From Oscillospiraceae bacterium (lineage in GTDB: Bacteria > Bacillota > Clostridia > Oscillospirales > Ruminococcaceae), in NCBI GenBank assembly GCA_045544715.1, contig JAZPZN010000108.1:8163-72162 (forward strand): a DNA stretch of 64,000 bases, in the 5' to 3' direction. Of this stretch, positions 20,198 through 29,675 are shown one piece after another. Numbering within the stretch: the stretch's first letter is position 1; each line of letters opens with the position of its first letter. The position numbers were made by a program, and so were the translations under genes. The notes below the pieces were generated by a model. It was not told the DNA's origin, ran no database searches, and saw only the letters and a program-made list of their open reading frames with translations.

Positions 20198-20220
20198 GGG
20201 CGGATAATTTTTATCCGCCC
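20198..20220. terminator. 10-bp hairpin between era stop and TIR gene RBS
   Basis: gggcggataa-ttt-ttatccgccc; weak U-tract. Confidence 0.5.
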
Positions 20221-20226
20221 GTTGAA

Positions 20227-21126
20227 TTACTCATCTGCAAGCCCCATATCATTGATGAAACGCTCTCGGTTACGCCAATCCTCTTTAACTTTTACAAAGC
20301 ACTGAAGATTTACCTTTGCCTGCAAAAGCTCTTCGATATCCTTTCGTGCAAGAGAGCCGATAGTTTTCAGCTTTTCTCCACCCTTACCGATTATCATTCC
20401 CTTGTGACTGTCCTTTTCGCAGATGATAACAACACCGATATCGATAAGCTCTTTGCCATTCTTTTCTCTGGTCTTGAAGCTCTCGATATCTACCGCAACA
20501 CCGTGAGGTATCTCCTCCTGCATTGTCCACAGCACCTTTTCACGCACTATTTCGGCGCACATGAAGCGCTCTGTACGGTCAGTAGCAATATCATCGGGGA
20601 AGAAGTGCTCACCCTCTACTGCGTATTTTTCGAGAATAGGCATTATCTTGTCGGTATTTATACGATTCTTGACGCTTATCGGAATTATCTCCGCAAAGTC
20701 GTAAAGCTCGCTGTACTGCTGAATGATACCAAGCACATCGCTCTTTGACTTAAGCAGATCTATCTTATTTAGCAGAAGGATCACCTCTGTACCATGTGAG
20801 GCAAAACTGCGGACAAGATCCTGCTCGATAGCCGAAAGTTTCTTCGTCACATCCACCATAAGGATAGCACAGTCCACATCATCAACGCTGGTGCGGATAG
20901 ATTTCACCATATGCTCAGACAGCTTTGTCTTGGGCTTGTGCATACCTGGGGTGTCGATGAATACATACTGCACATCTCCCTCGGTAAGCACACCGTTTAT
21001 GCGGTTTCTGGTGGTCTGGGGCTTTTCGCTGACGATAGACACCTTTTCTCCCACAAGAAGATTTGTAAGGGAGGATTTTCCTGCGTTAGCCCTGCCCGTT
21101 ATTGCTATAAATGCATTTTTTGTCAT
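20227..21126 (-). CDS. era: GTPase Era
   Basis: GRANAGKSSL, PQTTRN, DTPG, NKID, KH-like GMIIGKGG, VKVKEDWR. Confidence 0.97.
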   Translation of the reverse strand: MTKNAFIAITGRANAGKSSLTNLLVGEKVSIVSEKPQTTRNRINGVLTEGDVQYVFIDTPGMHKPKTKLSEHMVKSIRTSVDDVDCAILMVDVTKKLSAIEQDLVRSFASHGTEVILLLNKIDLLKSKSDVLGIIQQYSELYDFAEIIPISVKNRINTDKIMPILEKYAVEGEHFFPDDIATDRTERFMCAEIVREKVLWTMQEEIPHGVAVDIESFKTREKNGKELIDIGVVIICEKDSHKGMIIGKGGEKLKTIGSLARKDIEELLQAKVNLQCFVKVKEDWRNRERFINDMGLADE

Positions 21127-21128
21127 AT

Positions 21129-22274
21129 CTACCTCTGTTTTTTATACTCCACTCTGAATTCCTCATACACCACAGACATATCCTCGGAAAACTCATATCC
21201 GACCATTGCTCCGTGTGTTACAAAAAAATCCCGATGCTTATTCTGCCACTCCTCAAGGGTCTTGTCATCGTTCTCTTTTCGAGCCTGCTCAAGCGTTATC
21301 TCATTGAACGGAATGATGCTGACCCTTGTCGTCTTTATCACACATCTCGGCACTCCGTCCCAATCAGTTACTATGCTATACTCGCCCTTTTTGGGAATAT
21401 CGTCACCATCTATCTCATACGCAAGATAGCTGTTTGTAGATGCACGCTTTTTCCCCCTCAGTACCAGCTTAAGCAATCTTTCGCTCTCCCGCTCATCTCT
21501 ACCGAAACGGAATACCTCAACGCACTCCGTGGAATAAGGCAGCCCTTTTTCCTCAAGGAAGCTCTCCCAGAAGTCCTCCAGCAGCTTATCCATATACACC
21601 TCATGCATATCGGGACGTTTTTCTTCGGTAACTCTCAACGCTGCCTTTCTCTGCCACTCGGATATCACTTTGTGGTCGCCTGTCAGCAGTTCGTCTGGTA
21701 CAGCTCTACCGTTCCATTCTCTCGGCATGGTATACTGAGGATATTCAAGAAGTCCGTTAAAGTGGCTCTCTATGCTGTAAGCGTCCTCGTTTGGCAGAAC
21801 ACCGTTCTGCATTCTTGCCACTGCGTCAGCAACGATTAGCGCAGGGAGCTCTCCTCCCGTCAGCACATAATCGCCCACTGATATCTCCTCGCACTCCAGC
21901 TCGTCCAGCACACGCTGGTCTACACCCTCATAGTGTCCGCAAAGAAGAATGAGCCCACTTTCCTCCGCAAGCTCTTTCACCTTTTCCTGAGTGAGGACCT
22001 CACCCTGTGGCGACATATAGATTATACGGGGCTTTTTATCGTGCTTTGACACGATATCCATAATGCAGTCATAGATTGGCTGTGCCTGCATTACCATACC
22101 CGTACCGCCCCCATAGGGAGTGTCGTCTACTCTGCGGTGCTTGTTCTTAGTGTAATCTCTGATATTGTGAGAATATATCTCAATATGCCCGTTTTGTATC
22201 GCTCTGCCAATAATGCTCTCATGAAGTACGCTGTCGCACATATCGGGAAACAGCGTTGCGATATCAATCCTCAT
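21129..22274 (-). CDS. trmD: tRNA (guanine37-N1)-methyltransferase fused to C-terminal ASCH domain
   Basis: TLFPDM, VDDTPYGGGTGM, LCGHYEGVDQR, GDYVLTGGELPA; from ~aa 228 FG....LLKLVLRGKKRAST..PKKGEYSIVTDWDGVPRCVIKTTRV...PFNEI (ASCH). Confidence 0.9.
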   Translation of the reverse strand: MRIDIATLFPDMCDSVLHESIIGRAIQNGHIEIYSHNIRDYTKNKHRRVDDTPYGGGTGMVMQAQPIYDCIMDIVSKHDKKPRIIYMSPQGEVLTQEKVKELAEESGLILLCGHYEGVDQRVLDELECEEISVGDYVLTGGELPALIVADAVARMQNGVLPNEDAYSIESHFNGLLEYPQYTMPREWNGRAVPDELLTGDHKVISEWQRKAALRVTEEKRPDMHEVYMDKLLEDFWESFLEEKGLPYSTECVEVFRFGRDERESERLLKLVLRGKKRASTNSYLAYEIDGDDIPKKGEYSIVTDWDGVPRCVIKTTRVSIIPFNEITLEQARKENDDKTLEEWQNKHRDFFVTHGAMVGYEFSEDMSVVYEEFRVEYKKQR

Positions 22275-22794
22275 CGCCGTTTACCATATCATCAAACAAT
22301 CCTGGAAGCGGACGGATAAGCATCTCTCCGCCGTCGATATCAGTCTTGATAACTATCTCATCGATACAAGGGAACATGAGCTCCTGTCCGTCGGGCTGCT
22401 TGATGGAATACACATCGCTTGCGCCGTTCTGATACACATCGGTTATCTTGCCGTACTCCTTGCCTGTATCGACATCCTTGACCATAAGACCGATGATGTC
22501 CTGCACGAAGTACAAACCTTCCTCAAGCTCTGCATCATCTCTGTCCATATAGAGTATCTTGCCGATGATAGTCTGCGACTTCTCAACGGTGTCGTAGCCC
22601 TCTATCTTCATAACCACGATATTCTTGTGAGGATACGCACGGAGAACGGTTATCTCCGTCTTTCCCTTATCGAAGTAAAGGGTATCGAAATCGCACAGCA
22701 CCTCTGCGCTGTCGCAGTAATACTGCGCCCTCACCTCGCCTCGTATGCCCTGTGTGGCAACTATCTTGCCTATTTCAAGAAATTGTTTTTTCAT
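22264..22794 (-). CDS. rimM: 16S rRNA processing protein RimM
   Basis: IGKIVATQGIRGEV, LEEGLYFVQDIIG, PRC-barrel GASDVY..FP. Confidence 0.95.
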   Translation of the reverse strand: MKKQFLEIGKIVATQGIRGEVRAQYYCDSAEVLCDFDTLYFDKGKTEITVLRAYPHKNIVVMKIEGYDTVEKSQTIIGKILYMDRDDAELEEGLYFVQDIIGLMVKDVDTGKEYGKITDVYQNGASDVYSIKQPDGQELMFPCIDEIVIKTDIDGGEMLIRPLPGLFDDMVNGDED

Positions 22795-22842
22795 AGTGAC
22801 CTCATTTATGCGCTTTATTCGGATGTCCTTAGGATCTGCATA

Positions 22843-23232
22843 TTATGCTATTTTCTTATCTCCATAATATTGAATTAATATTAAAACCAAGACGCTTCCT
22901 GAAAGTATTCCATCCATAATTCCTGCAGGCAGTAAGAACATCATTAATGTTAATGTGATAATACTGGTTATAACAGCTAACGCTAATCCCCACATTCTAT
23001 TTTTCAGCAGTCCAATTGCGGCTATAAGCCTAAGTACTCCGTAAATTGCACTCATAACCATCATCATATAAAGATTTTCCTGAAAATAAGAAAGCTTGAA
23101 TTCAAAAAACTGACCTATATCAAATTTGTCGGTTCCAAATAGCAACGCTGGAATCATAGCTAATATTCCGCCGATCTCCATAAAACCGCCATGTATGATC
23201 ATAAGAATAGCAGCACTTTTGTACTTTTTCAC
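22843..23232 (-). CDS. Small 4-TM membrane protein (DUF2127-like), AT-rich
   Basis: YGVLRLIAAIGLLKNRMWGLALAV pattern; GTG start with GAGGAG RBS; visibly AT-richer than neighbours. Confidence 0.55.
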   Translation of the reverse strand: MKKYKSAAILMIIHGGFMEIGGILAMIPALLFGTDKFDIGQFFEFKLSYFQENLYMMMVMSAIYGVLRLIAAIGLLKNRMWGLALAVITSIITLTLMMFLLPAGIMDGILSGSVLVLILIQYYGDKKIA

Positions 23233-23252
23233 GCAAACGCTCCTCTCAGCTA

Positions 23253-24479
23253 TTACAGATTCACCTTGATTATCTCATCAAAGCCCTGCTGCTTAACCCT
23301 GCTGTATACCTTGTCAATCTTCTTGGGATTGGGAACGAGAACAAGCGTAACATCGCTGTCAGCCATAAGCTCATTCTGCTTTGCGATAGCGTCAAGAACA
23401 TCCTCCGCCTTATAGAGTACAGCAGTCTTTTTGCGAGTGCCTGCAAGCTGGATATTGTTCTCCTGTACGATGGAGAAGATACGCTCAAAGCCGATAGAGA
23501 AGCCTACTGCAGGAACTGTATCTCCTGTAAATCTGCCGATAAGGTTATCATATCTTCCTCCGCCTGCGACAGTACCACCGAACTGCTTGCTTGCCACCTC
23601 AAAAACTGTGCCTGTATAGTAACCCTGACCTCTGACTAAAGAGGGGTCGAACTCAACGCTGTAGCCGTCGGAGAGCTTGTCGGCAGTTTCGATAACAGTG
23701 CGGAGCTGCTCCAGTATCTCCTTAGCGTCGTCGGAGCAGTATTCTGCCATATCATCCAGGGTCAGCTTGCCCTTTTCAAGCAGGGCTGTCAGCGCATTGA
23801 TAGCTTCCTCGGGCATCTCCTTGTCACGGAGCTCTGCGGCAACTCCCTCTGCACCTATCTTGTCTAGCTTGTCAAAGCTTACAGAAACTGTATCGAGAGC
23901 CTCCTCAGGGAAGCCCATAGTCATCAGAGAATTACGCAGAACTCTGCGGTCGTTCACACGAACCGTGAACTCACCTATGCCGATCTTTGAAAGTGCCTTT
24001 GCGGTAACATTTATCAGCTCGATCTCATTTACATAGCTGTCAGAGCCAAGAATGTCGATATCACACTGCACGAACTCACGCAGTCTGCCACGCTGAGGAC
24101 GCTCCGCGCGATACACCTTATCTATCTGTATCACCTTAAAGGGATTGGGAAGGCTGTTGCGGTTGTTTGCATAGTAACGGGAAAGCGGAAGGGTAAGATC
24201 ATAACGCAGGCCGAGGTCGCACAGCTCCTTCTCGTTAACGGGTGTCTTTGCCAGCGCACTTTCCAGCTTGTCGCCTCTCTTCATAATGCGGAAGATTAGA
24301 TTGAGATTATCACCGCCGTCGCTCTTATCGAGATTTTCAGCACTCTCAACCGCAGGTGTATAGATGCGGGTAAAGCCGCTCTTTGTATAAGTGTCAAGGA
24401 TGATGTTCATAAGACGGTCACGCTGTGCCGCTGCTTCGGGAAGGTATTCCTGCATACCCTTCTGAGGTTTGATATTCAT
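23253..24479 (-). CDS. hisS: Histidine--tRNA ligase
   Basis: LRYDLTLPLSR, YRAERPQRGRLREFVQCDID, LVRGQGYYTG, GGGRYDNL, GFSIGFERI; start MNIKPQKG. Confidence 0.9.
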   Translation of the reverse strand: MNIKPQKGMQEYLPEAAAQRDRLMNIILDTYTKSGFTRIYTPAVESAENLDKSDGGDNLNLIFRIMKRGDKLESALAKTPVNEKELCDLGLRYDLTLPLSRYYANNRNSLPNPFKVIQIDKVYRAERPQRGRLREFVQCDIDILGSDSYVNEIELINVTAKALSKIGIGEFTVRVNDRRVLRNSLMTMGFPEEALDTVSVSFDKLDKIGAEGVAAELRDKEMPEEAINALTALLEKGKLTLDDMAEYCSDDAKEILEQLRTVIETADKLSDGYSVEFDPSLVRGQGYYTGTVFEVASKQFGGTVAGGGRYDNLIGRFTGDTVPAVGFSIGFERIFSIVQENNIQLAGTRKKTAVLYKAEDVLDAIAKQNELMADSDVTLVLVPNPKKIDKVYSRVKQQGFDEIIKVNL

Positions 24480-24628
24480 AGTTGTGTCCTTTCTGCCCTT
24501 AGGCATTTGTATTTTAAATATATTCTTTTATATAATACCATACTTTACAGAGAAATGCAATATAAATGCGCAACAAAAAGCGCACCCATTTTAACAGGTG
24601 CGCAGTTTTCCGTAAGCCATATTGCCAA

Positions 24629-25024
24629 TTATCGCATGTATTCACGCCAGTCAAGGTCGCCACGCTCAAGCGCATGGATAAGTGCCTCTGCTGTAGCAAT
24701 ATTGGTAGCAACAGGAATATTGTGTACATCACACAGACGAAGGATATTGATATCATTCGGCTCATGGGATTTTGCGTTAAGAGGATCACGGAAAAAGATC
24801 AGCAGATCCACCCCGTTGCAGGAGATATTGGACGCAAGCTGCTGATCGCCGCCCTGTGAGCCGCTCAAAAGTCTTTGAATGTGAAGCCCTGTCGCCTCGG
24901 AAACCAGCTTGCCTGTTGTTCCTGTAGCGCAGATGCTATGTCGGCTCAGAACACCGCAGTATGCGATGCAGAACTGAACCATAAGCTCTTTCTTTGAGTC
25001 GTGTGCAATGAGAGCAATATTCAT
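24629..25024 (-). CDS. mgsA: Methylglyoxal synthase
   Basis: IALIAHDSKK, ATGTTG, SGSQGGDQQ, FFRDPL...HEPND, NIPVATNIATA. Confidence 0.96.
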   Translation of the reverse strand: MNIALIAHDSKKELMVQFCIAYCGVLSRHSICATGTTGKLVSEATGLHIQRLLSGSQGGDQQLASNISCNGVDLLIFFRDPLNAKSHEPNDINILRLCDVHNIPVATNIATAEALIHALERGDLDWREYMR

Positions 25025-25058
25025 AAAGCGAGCCACCTCCGGTTGTCGATATAATAAA

Positions 25059-25796
25059 TTAGTTGATGTTGATTGTCAGAGGCGCATCCTCGCCTAAGAT
25101 CCTTCTGGCAATGGCAGCATAAGCCTTAGCACCTCCGCAATTCTTGGGAAGCGGTTCACCCTTAGCTCCGCAGATCTTGATGTTAGGATCCTCGGGAACA
25201 ACGCCTAAAAGCGGAATACCCACGCTGTCCATAACCTCGTCAAGGTCGTAAAGGATCTCCTCATCCTTGAAATTTGGGCTTACCTTGTTGATGATAAGAC
25301 GCTGGTTAATACAGTTCTTTACATATAAGAAGTCAGACAGGATAGCACCGTCACGTACGCATACTGTATCGGGAGTGGTTACCATCAAGATAAGCTCAGC
25401 CGCCTTGATAACGCTGAACACAGAACTTCCGATACCTGCGGTATCCATGATTATGTAGTCGAAGTGCTTGCGCATCTCCTCACATACGCCCATGATCTTC
25501 TCAGGGTTTATATCTATAAACGGGTTTCTTGTAGCGCAGACGAGGTAGAGATTATCCACACGATCGACCTTTGTGGTTGCTGTAAGGATATCTATCTTGC
25601 CCTCGAGGTACTCACCGATATCGTGCTTTACCTTATCCTTGATACCAAGCATGATATCCTGACATCTAAGACCGAAGTCAAGCTCAACAACAAGAGTCTT
25701 TTTTCCAAGAGAAGCAAGTGCTGTTGCAACATTAGCGGAAGTAGTAGACTTACCGGTACCGCCCTTGCCTGCTGTTACTGCAATTATCTGTGACAT
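25059..25796 (-). CDS. minD: Septum site-determining ATPase MinD
   Basis: AGKGGTGKSTT deviant Walker A, DFGLRCQD, DTAGIG, VTTPD..CVRD, LLGVVPED; follows the mre-mrdA cluster. Confidence 0.85.
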   Translation of the reverse strand: MSQIIAVTAGKGGTGKSTTSANVATALASLGKKTLVVELDFGLRCQDIMLGIKDKVKHDIGEYLEGKIDILTATTKVDRVDNLYLVCATRNPFIDINPEKIMGVCEEMRKHFDYIIMDTAGIGSSVFSVIKAAELILMVTTPDTVCVRDGAILSDFLYVKNCINQRLIINKVSPNFKDEEILYDLDEVMDSVGIPLLGVVPEDPNIKICGAKGEPLPKNCGGAKAYAAIARRILGEDAPLTININ

Positions 25797-26017
25797 ATTA
25801 TTTCCCCTCTCTACATTATGCAAACTTGATTTGCGCATAGTTACCATAATGCAATATAAAATCCTTAGTTTTATTTTATCACAAAAAATCCTGTATGAAA
25901 AGAGCTTTTTTGCTTTCTTGCAAAAATTTGTGAAAAACCCAATAAAAACCGCTATTTGTTTAGGCTATATTGCCGAATATAATTATCACACATTCTCTGA
26001 CAGTCAAAAAAACTGAC

Positions 26018-26045
26018 AAAAATGCGCCGATCTTATTCGGCGCAT
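26018..26045 (-). terminator. Intrinsic terminator after mrdA
   Basis: atgcgccga-tcttat-tcggcgcat with T-run on minus strand. Confidence 0.7.
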
Positions 26046-26051
26046 CTTTAA

Positions 26052-28100
26052 TCATAGCGGATCGAGAGCGTTGCCCTCCTCATCGTATTCGGGAGCGAAC
26101 TCTCTTGTAATATAGGCAGAAATGAGATTTGCCGCAATATGACGGCTGTACTCACCTTTTTCCATAAGGATACCGAATGCGATCTCGGGATCCTCCGCAG
26201 GATAAAAGCCGATGATCGCCGAGTTATACACCGTTTCAGCAGTCTGAGGGGTTCCTGTCTTTGTGGCGACATCCTCGGGGATGCCTTTGTAATCGTAGAT
26301 GTTAGCCCACTGACCGTTGACCGCAAAATACGCTGCATCCGATACCATTATCATACCGTCTGTCACTACCTCAAAGGTATCACGATACTCTGACATATCC
26401 TCTACCACCTCGGGCTGAGTTTCGCTTATCAGCTCTGTATAATCGTAATTATACACCGCCTTGATGATATGAGGACGATAGCGTACACCTCTGTTGGCTA
26501 TCGTCATCGCCTGCACTGCCATGTGTAAGGGAGTTACGGCGGTTTCACTCTGACCGATGCCCGCCTGCACTACATCACCCTCGTTCCATGTAAGTCCCAG
26601 CTCATCGTACAGCTCTAAAGAAGTCATCTGTCCGTTGCTCATAGTCAGCTCAAAACCGAGATCGGTACCTATGCCAAATCGCTTTGCCCACTGAGATAGT
26701 GTATCTATACCCATAAGTCTTGCACATTCGTAGTAAAAGATATTGCATGAATGTCGCAAAGCCAGCTCCACATCGAGCGAACCATGCCCCCATAACTGGT
26801 GGCAATGGGGCGTAAAACCGCTGCCATAATAGTGATAGGTGCCACCGCAATATATCTCAGTATCGGGAGTGATTATTCCCTCCACAAGTGCGGCAGTAGA
26901 CGTGATAGTCTTAAATGTAGAGCCTGGTCTGTAAACACCCGTCAATGCCCTGTTGAACACAGGAGAATACTCAGCACTGAGCACCTCCTCATAGTTGTTG
27001 ACAAGGTCGTTGAGGTCATAACCGGGGTAGCTCACCATGCCAAGTACACCGCCGGTTTTTACGTCAAGCACTGCCACTGCACCTGCATAGCACTCTTTAC
27101 CACGGGTATCCTGCGTGTAGTGCGGAGAATGCATGAAGTTGATGTAATGCTCCATTATCTCCTGCAGAAGCTGCTGATATTCAGCATCGATAGTCAGCAT
27201 AACGCTGTTGCCGGCGATGGGCTCTTTTGTAATCTCATCGCTAAGCTCAGTGCCGCTTGAGCTGCGTGTGATGGTGCGTATACCTCGCTCTCCTCTAAGA
27301 ACATCCTCAACTGCAAGCTCCACACCTGCCCTGCCTATGATATCATTCATCGTGTAGCCAGAATCCTTGAGCTCAGCATACTCTTCAGCCGATATGCTGC
27401 CTACAGTTCCCCTGAGATGTGCAGCAAGCTCACCATTAAGATACTCTCGCTCCCAGCCCTCTGCGATATCCATTCCGTCAATCATAGAGCTGAGCTCCTT
27501 CAGCTCCATCATCGTTTCAACAGAGATTCCCTCTGCAAGCACAAATTTGTTCTTGTAAGAGAAATCCATAAGCTCCATTTCGTAGCGCACACCTGCGATA
27601 TAGCGACGCATCTGCTCATCATAGCTATCGGATATCTCATATTTTTTGTACAGTGCATTGATACAGTTATCAACGGTTGCATAAACGCCGACTTTCAACC
27701 GATTCTTCAGTGCTGTTACAGTTTCTTCCTTGCCGTCAAAGGCATAGGGAGCTGTCTTGGTTATCGGCACCGAATCGTTCCACTCCTCGCCGTTTTTAAT
27801 GAGTACAGTCAGCACACGATAGATCATCTCGTTTTCAGTGCCCTGACGTAGCGATGCCCTTTGCAGATCAACGCTGTAGCTTATCTTGTTGGAGTTGAGC
27901 ACAACTCCATTGGCATCGGCTATCTTGCCTCTTGCCGCCTCTATATCCTGCTCAGCGGTGTAAGTGCTGCGTGTCATGGAGAGATACATCTCACCATCCA
28001 CCATTTGTATCTGCAGCAGCCTTAATCCGCACATGAACGAAGCAACGATTACTATCGCTGCCAGTACAGCAAACCGGATATATCCCGAAATCTTCGACAT
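26052..28100 (-). CDS. mrdA: Class B penicillin-binding protein (PBP2-like transpeptidase)
   Basis: N-terminal TM, ARGKIAD, GRAGVE, PGSTFK (SxxK), SCN, KTGT. Confidence 0.88.
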   Translation of the reverse strand: MSKISGYIRFAVLAAIVIVASFMCGLRLLQIQMVDGEMYLSMTRSTYTAEQDIEAARGKIADANGVVLNSNKISYSVDLQRASLRQGTENEMIYRVLTVLIKNGEEWNDSVPITKTAPYAFDGKEETVTALKNRLKVGVYATVDNCINALYKKYEISDSYDEQMRRYIAGVRYEMELMDFSYKNKFVLAEGISVETMMELKELSSMIDGMDIAEGWEREYLNGELAAHLRGTVGSISAEEYAELKDSGYTMNDIIGRAGVELAVEDVLRGERGIRTITRSSSGTELSDEITKEPIAGNSVMLTIDAEYQQLLQEIMEHYINFMHSPHYTQDTRGKECYAGAVAVLDVKTGGVLGMVSYPGYDLNDLVNNYEEVLSAEYSPVFNRALTGVYRPGSTFKTITSTAALVEGIITPDTEIYCGGTYHYYGSGFTPHCHQLWGHGSLDVELALRHSCNIFYYECARLMGIDTLSQWAKRFGIGTDLGFELTMSNGQMTSLELYDELGLTWNEGDVVQAGIGQSETAVTPLHMAVQAMTIANRGVRYRPHIIKAVYNYDYTELISETQPEVVEDMSEYRDTFEVVTDGMIMVSDAAYFAVNGQWANIYDYKGIPEDVATKTGTPQTAETVYNSAIIGFYPAEDPEIAFGILMEKGEYSRHIAANLISAYITREFAPEYDEEGNALDPL

Positions 28101-28127
28101 TTTTCCTCCAGTATGGAAACCAGCAAA

Positions 28128-28733
28128 TTATATTCTTGTTTTATCACGGGGATCGTCGGTAACAGTGACGCTCTCCTCCAGATGGTGCTGCTCCTTAGGT
28201 CTTGTGCGGTTACTGATATACCTCACCAGAAAATACACGGGGATAGAGAACACTATCGCACCGAGATATGCAGGCAACACCGACTCGGTAAAGGAGATGA
28301 CAGACTCCTGTCCCTCCCACACCCAGTGAAGGAACAGGAAATCGAGCCCGCCCATAACTACTGCCACACCTGCCGACAAAGCAAAATGACTGATAAAGTT
28401 GACCTTTACAAAGAAACTTGACAGCAGAGAAATTATCGGACAGCACACCAACAGCCACAAAGCCGAGAATCCCAGCAAAGTGCCGCTTGCCATATCCAGC
28501 ATAAGCCCACACACAGCCCCGAAAACTCCCGATGCCAGGTCGCCCTCATGCATAGATACCGCAGTCGCCAACGGTATTATCAGAAGTGGACAAAAGCCCT
28601 TTATGAGCGGATTGCACTCCCATACATAAAAAAGGAGCAGAACCGCCACATAAAGCAGCCAGCGCAGAACTCCACGCAGCATTACCCTGCGTGAGCGAGC
28701 CCTGCCTCCCTGAATTTTTACCTTCATCTTCAT
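28128..28733 (-). CDS. mreD: Rod shape-determining protein MreD
   Basis: Polytopic membrane protein, GAVCGLMLD motif, between mreC and PBP2. Confidence 0.8.
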   Translation of the reverse strand: MKMKVKIQGGRARSRRVMLRGVLRWLLYVAVLLLFYVWECNPLIKGFCPLLIIPLATAVSMHEGDLASGVFGAVCGLMLDMASGTLLGFSALWLLVCCPIISLLSSFFVKVNFISHFALSAGVAVVMGGLDFLFLHWVWEGQESVISFTESVLPAYLGAIVFSIPVYFLVRYISNRTRPKEQHHLEESVTVTDDPRDKTRI

Positions 28734-28741
28734 TTGTATAT

Positions 28742-29605
28742 TTACTCCTCAAACTCAAAGGAGATACCCTTGCCTTCAAAGCCCGTAATAGCAAATACTG
28801 TAGTAACGGCAAAGCAATCCTCTATAGGTTCAATAACGGCATGTTTTGAAAGCCCGTTGGGATCATCATAAACCTCGACCACTGTGCCAACTATCGTACC
28901 CTCGGGAAAAAGTCCGCTCTTTCCTGAGGTAGCTATGACATCGCCGACCCTAATATCCGCATCTTTGAGGATATTGCTCATAAGGCACTTGCCCTGTTGG
29001 GCATTAGCAAGGTCATTCTCAATAACACCCGTTGCTTTGGAACGTATCGAAAAAGCACCAACACTCACCTGCGGAGAAAGTACAGTGGATATCTTTGCAT
29101 AATACTCAGCTATCTCCGTCACTCTGCCCACAAGCCCAACCGAAGTAATAATAGGGTCGTTAAGGGAAAGCCCATCCTTAGAGCCACGATTTATCGTAAA
29201 ATCACCATAGATATTGTTTGCATCTCTTGCCACTACCGTGCAGGGCTCTGACAGCTCAAAATCGTCGTTATCCTGCTGCAGCTTCAGCATCTCACGCAAA
29301 AGGTCATTCTCTTCCTTTAAGTCCTCATAGTCCATCGTGCGCTTATACATATCGCTGAGGATCGCACGAAGCTCCTCATTCTGACGCTTGTAGGTATTGG
29401 CATTGACCATGGTATCGATAAAGCCGCCAACTCCCTCTGATATTGCGTTAGACATGCTGATAAACGGCTGAGTGACCGTGGTGATTATCTTCTCAGGCAA
29501 TGTCTGTATACCCGCAGCAACCGCCACATAGGTCATAAGTCCCAGGAGCAGCGCCGCAATACATATAAGAATTTTGAACTTAAAGCTATGGAGAAATTCC
29601 TTCAT
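28742..29605 (-). CDS. mreC: Rod shape-determining protein MreC
   Basis: TM + coiled coil (ENDLLREML), TINRGSKDG, GLVGRV, TSGKSGLFPEG. Confidence 0.93.
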   Translation of the reverse strand: MKEFLHSFKFKILICIAALLLGLMTYVAVAAGIQTLPEKIITTVTQPFISMSNAISEGVGGFIDTMVNANTYKRQNEELRAILSDMYKRTMDYEDLKEENDLLREMLKLQQDNDDFELSEPCTVVARDANNIYGDFTINRGSKDGLSLNDPIITSVGLVGRVTEIAEYYAKISTVLSPQVSVGAFSIRSKATGVIENDLANAQQGKCLMSNILKDADIRVGDVIATSGKSGLFPEGTIVGTVVEVYDDPNGLSKHAVIEPIEDCFAVTTVFAITGFEGKGISFEFEE

Positions 29606-29675
29606 GCGTTACCCCTTTGCCAAATTCCGCTGCGATGTCATAGACCACCGCAGCGGATAGTTTATTACTGTTGTA

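Noticed and set aside
23253-24479. Possible HisZ rather than HisS
   Set aside because: Motif 2/3 residues for histidine adenylation are intact, a C-terminal domain is present and there is no hisG nearby.
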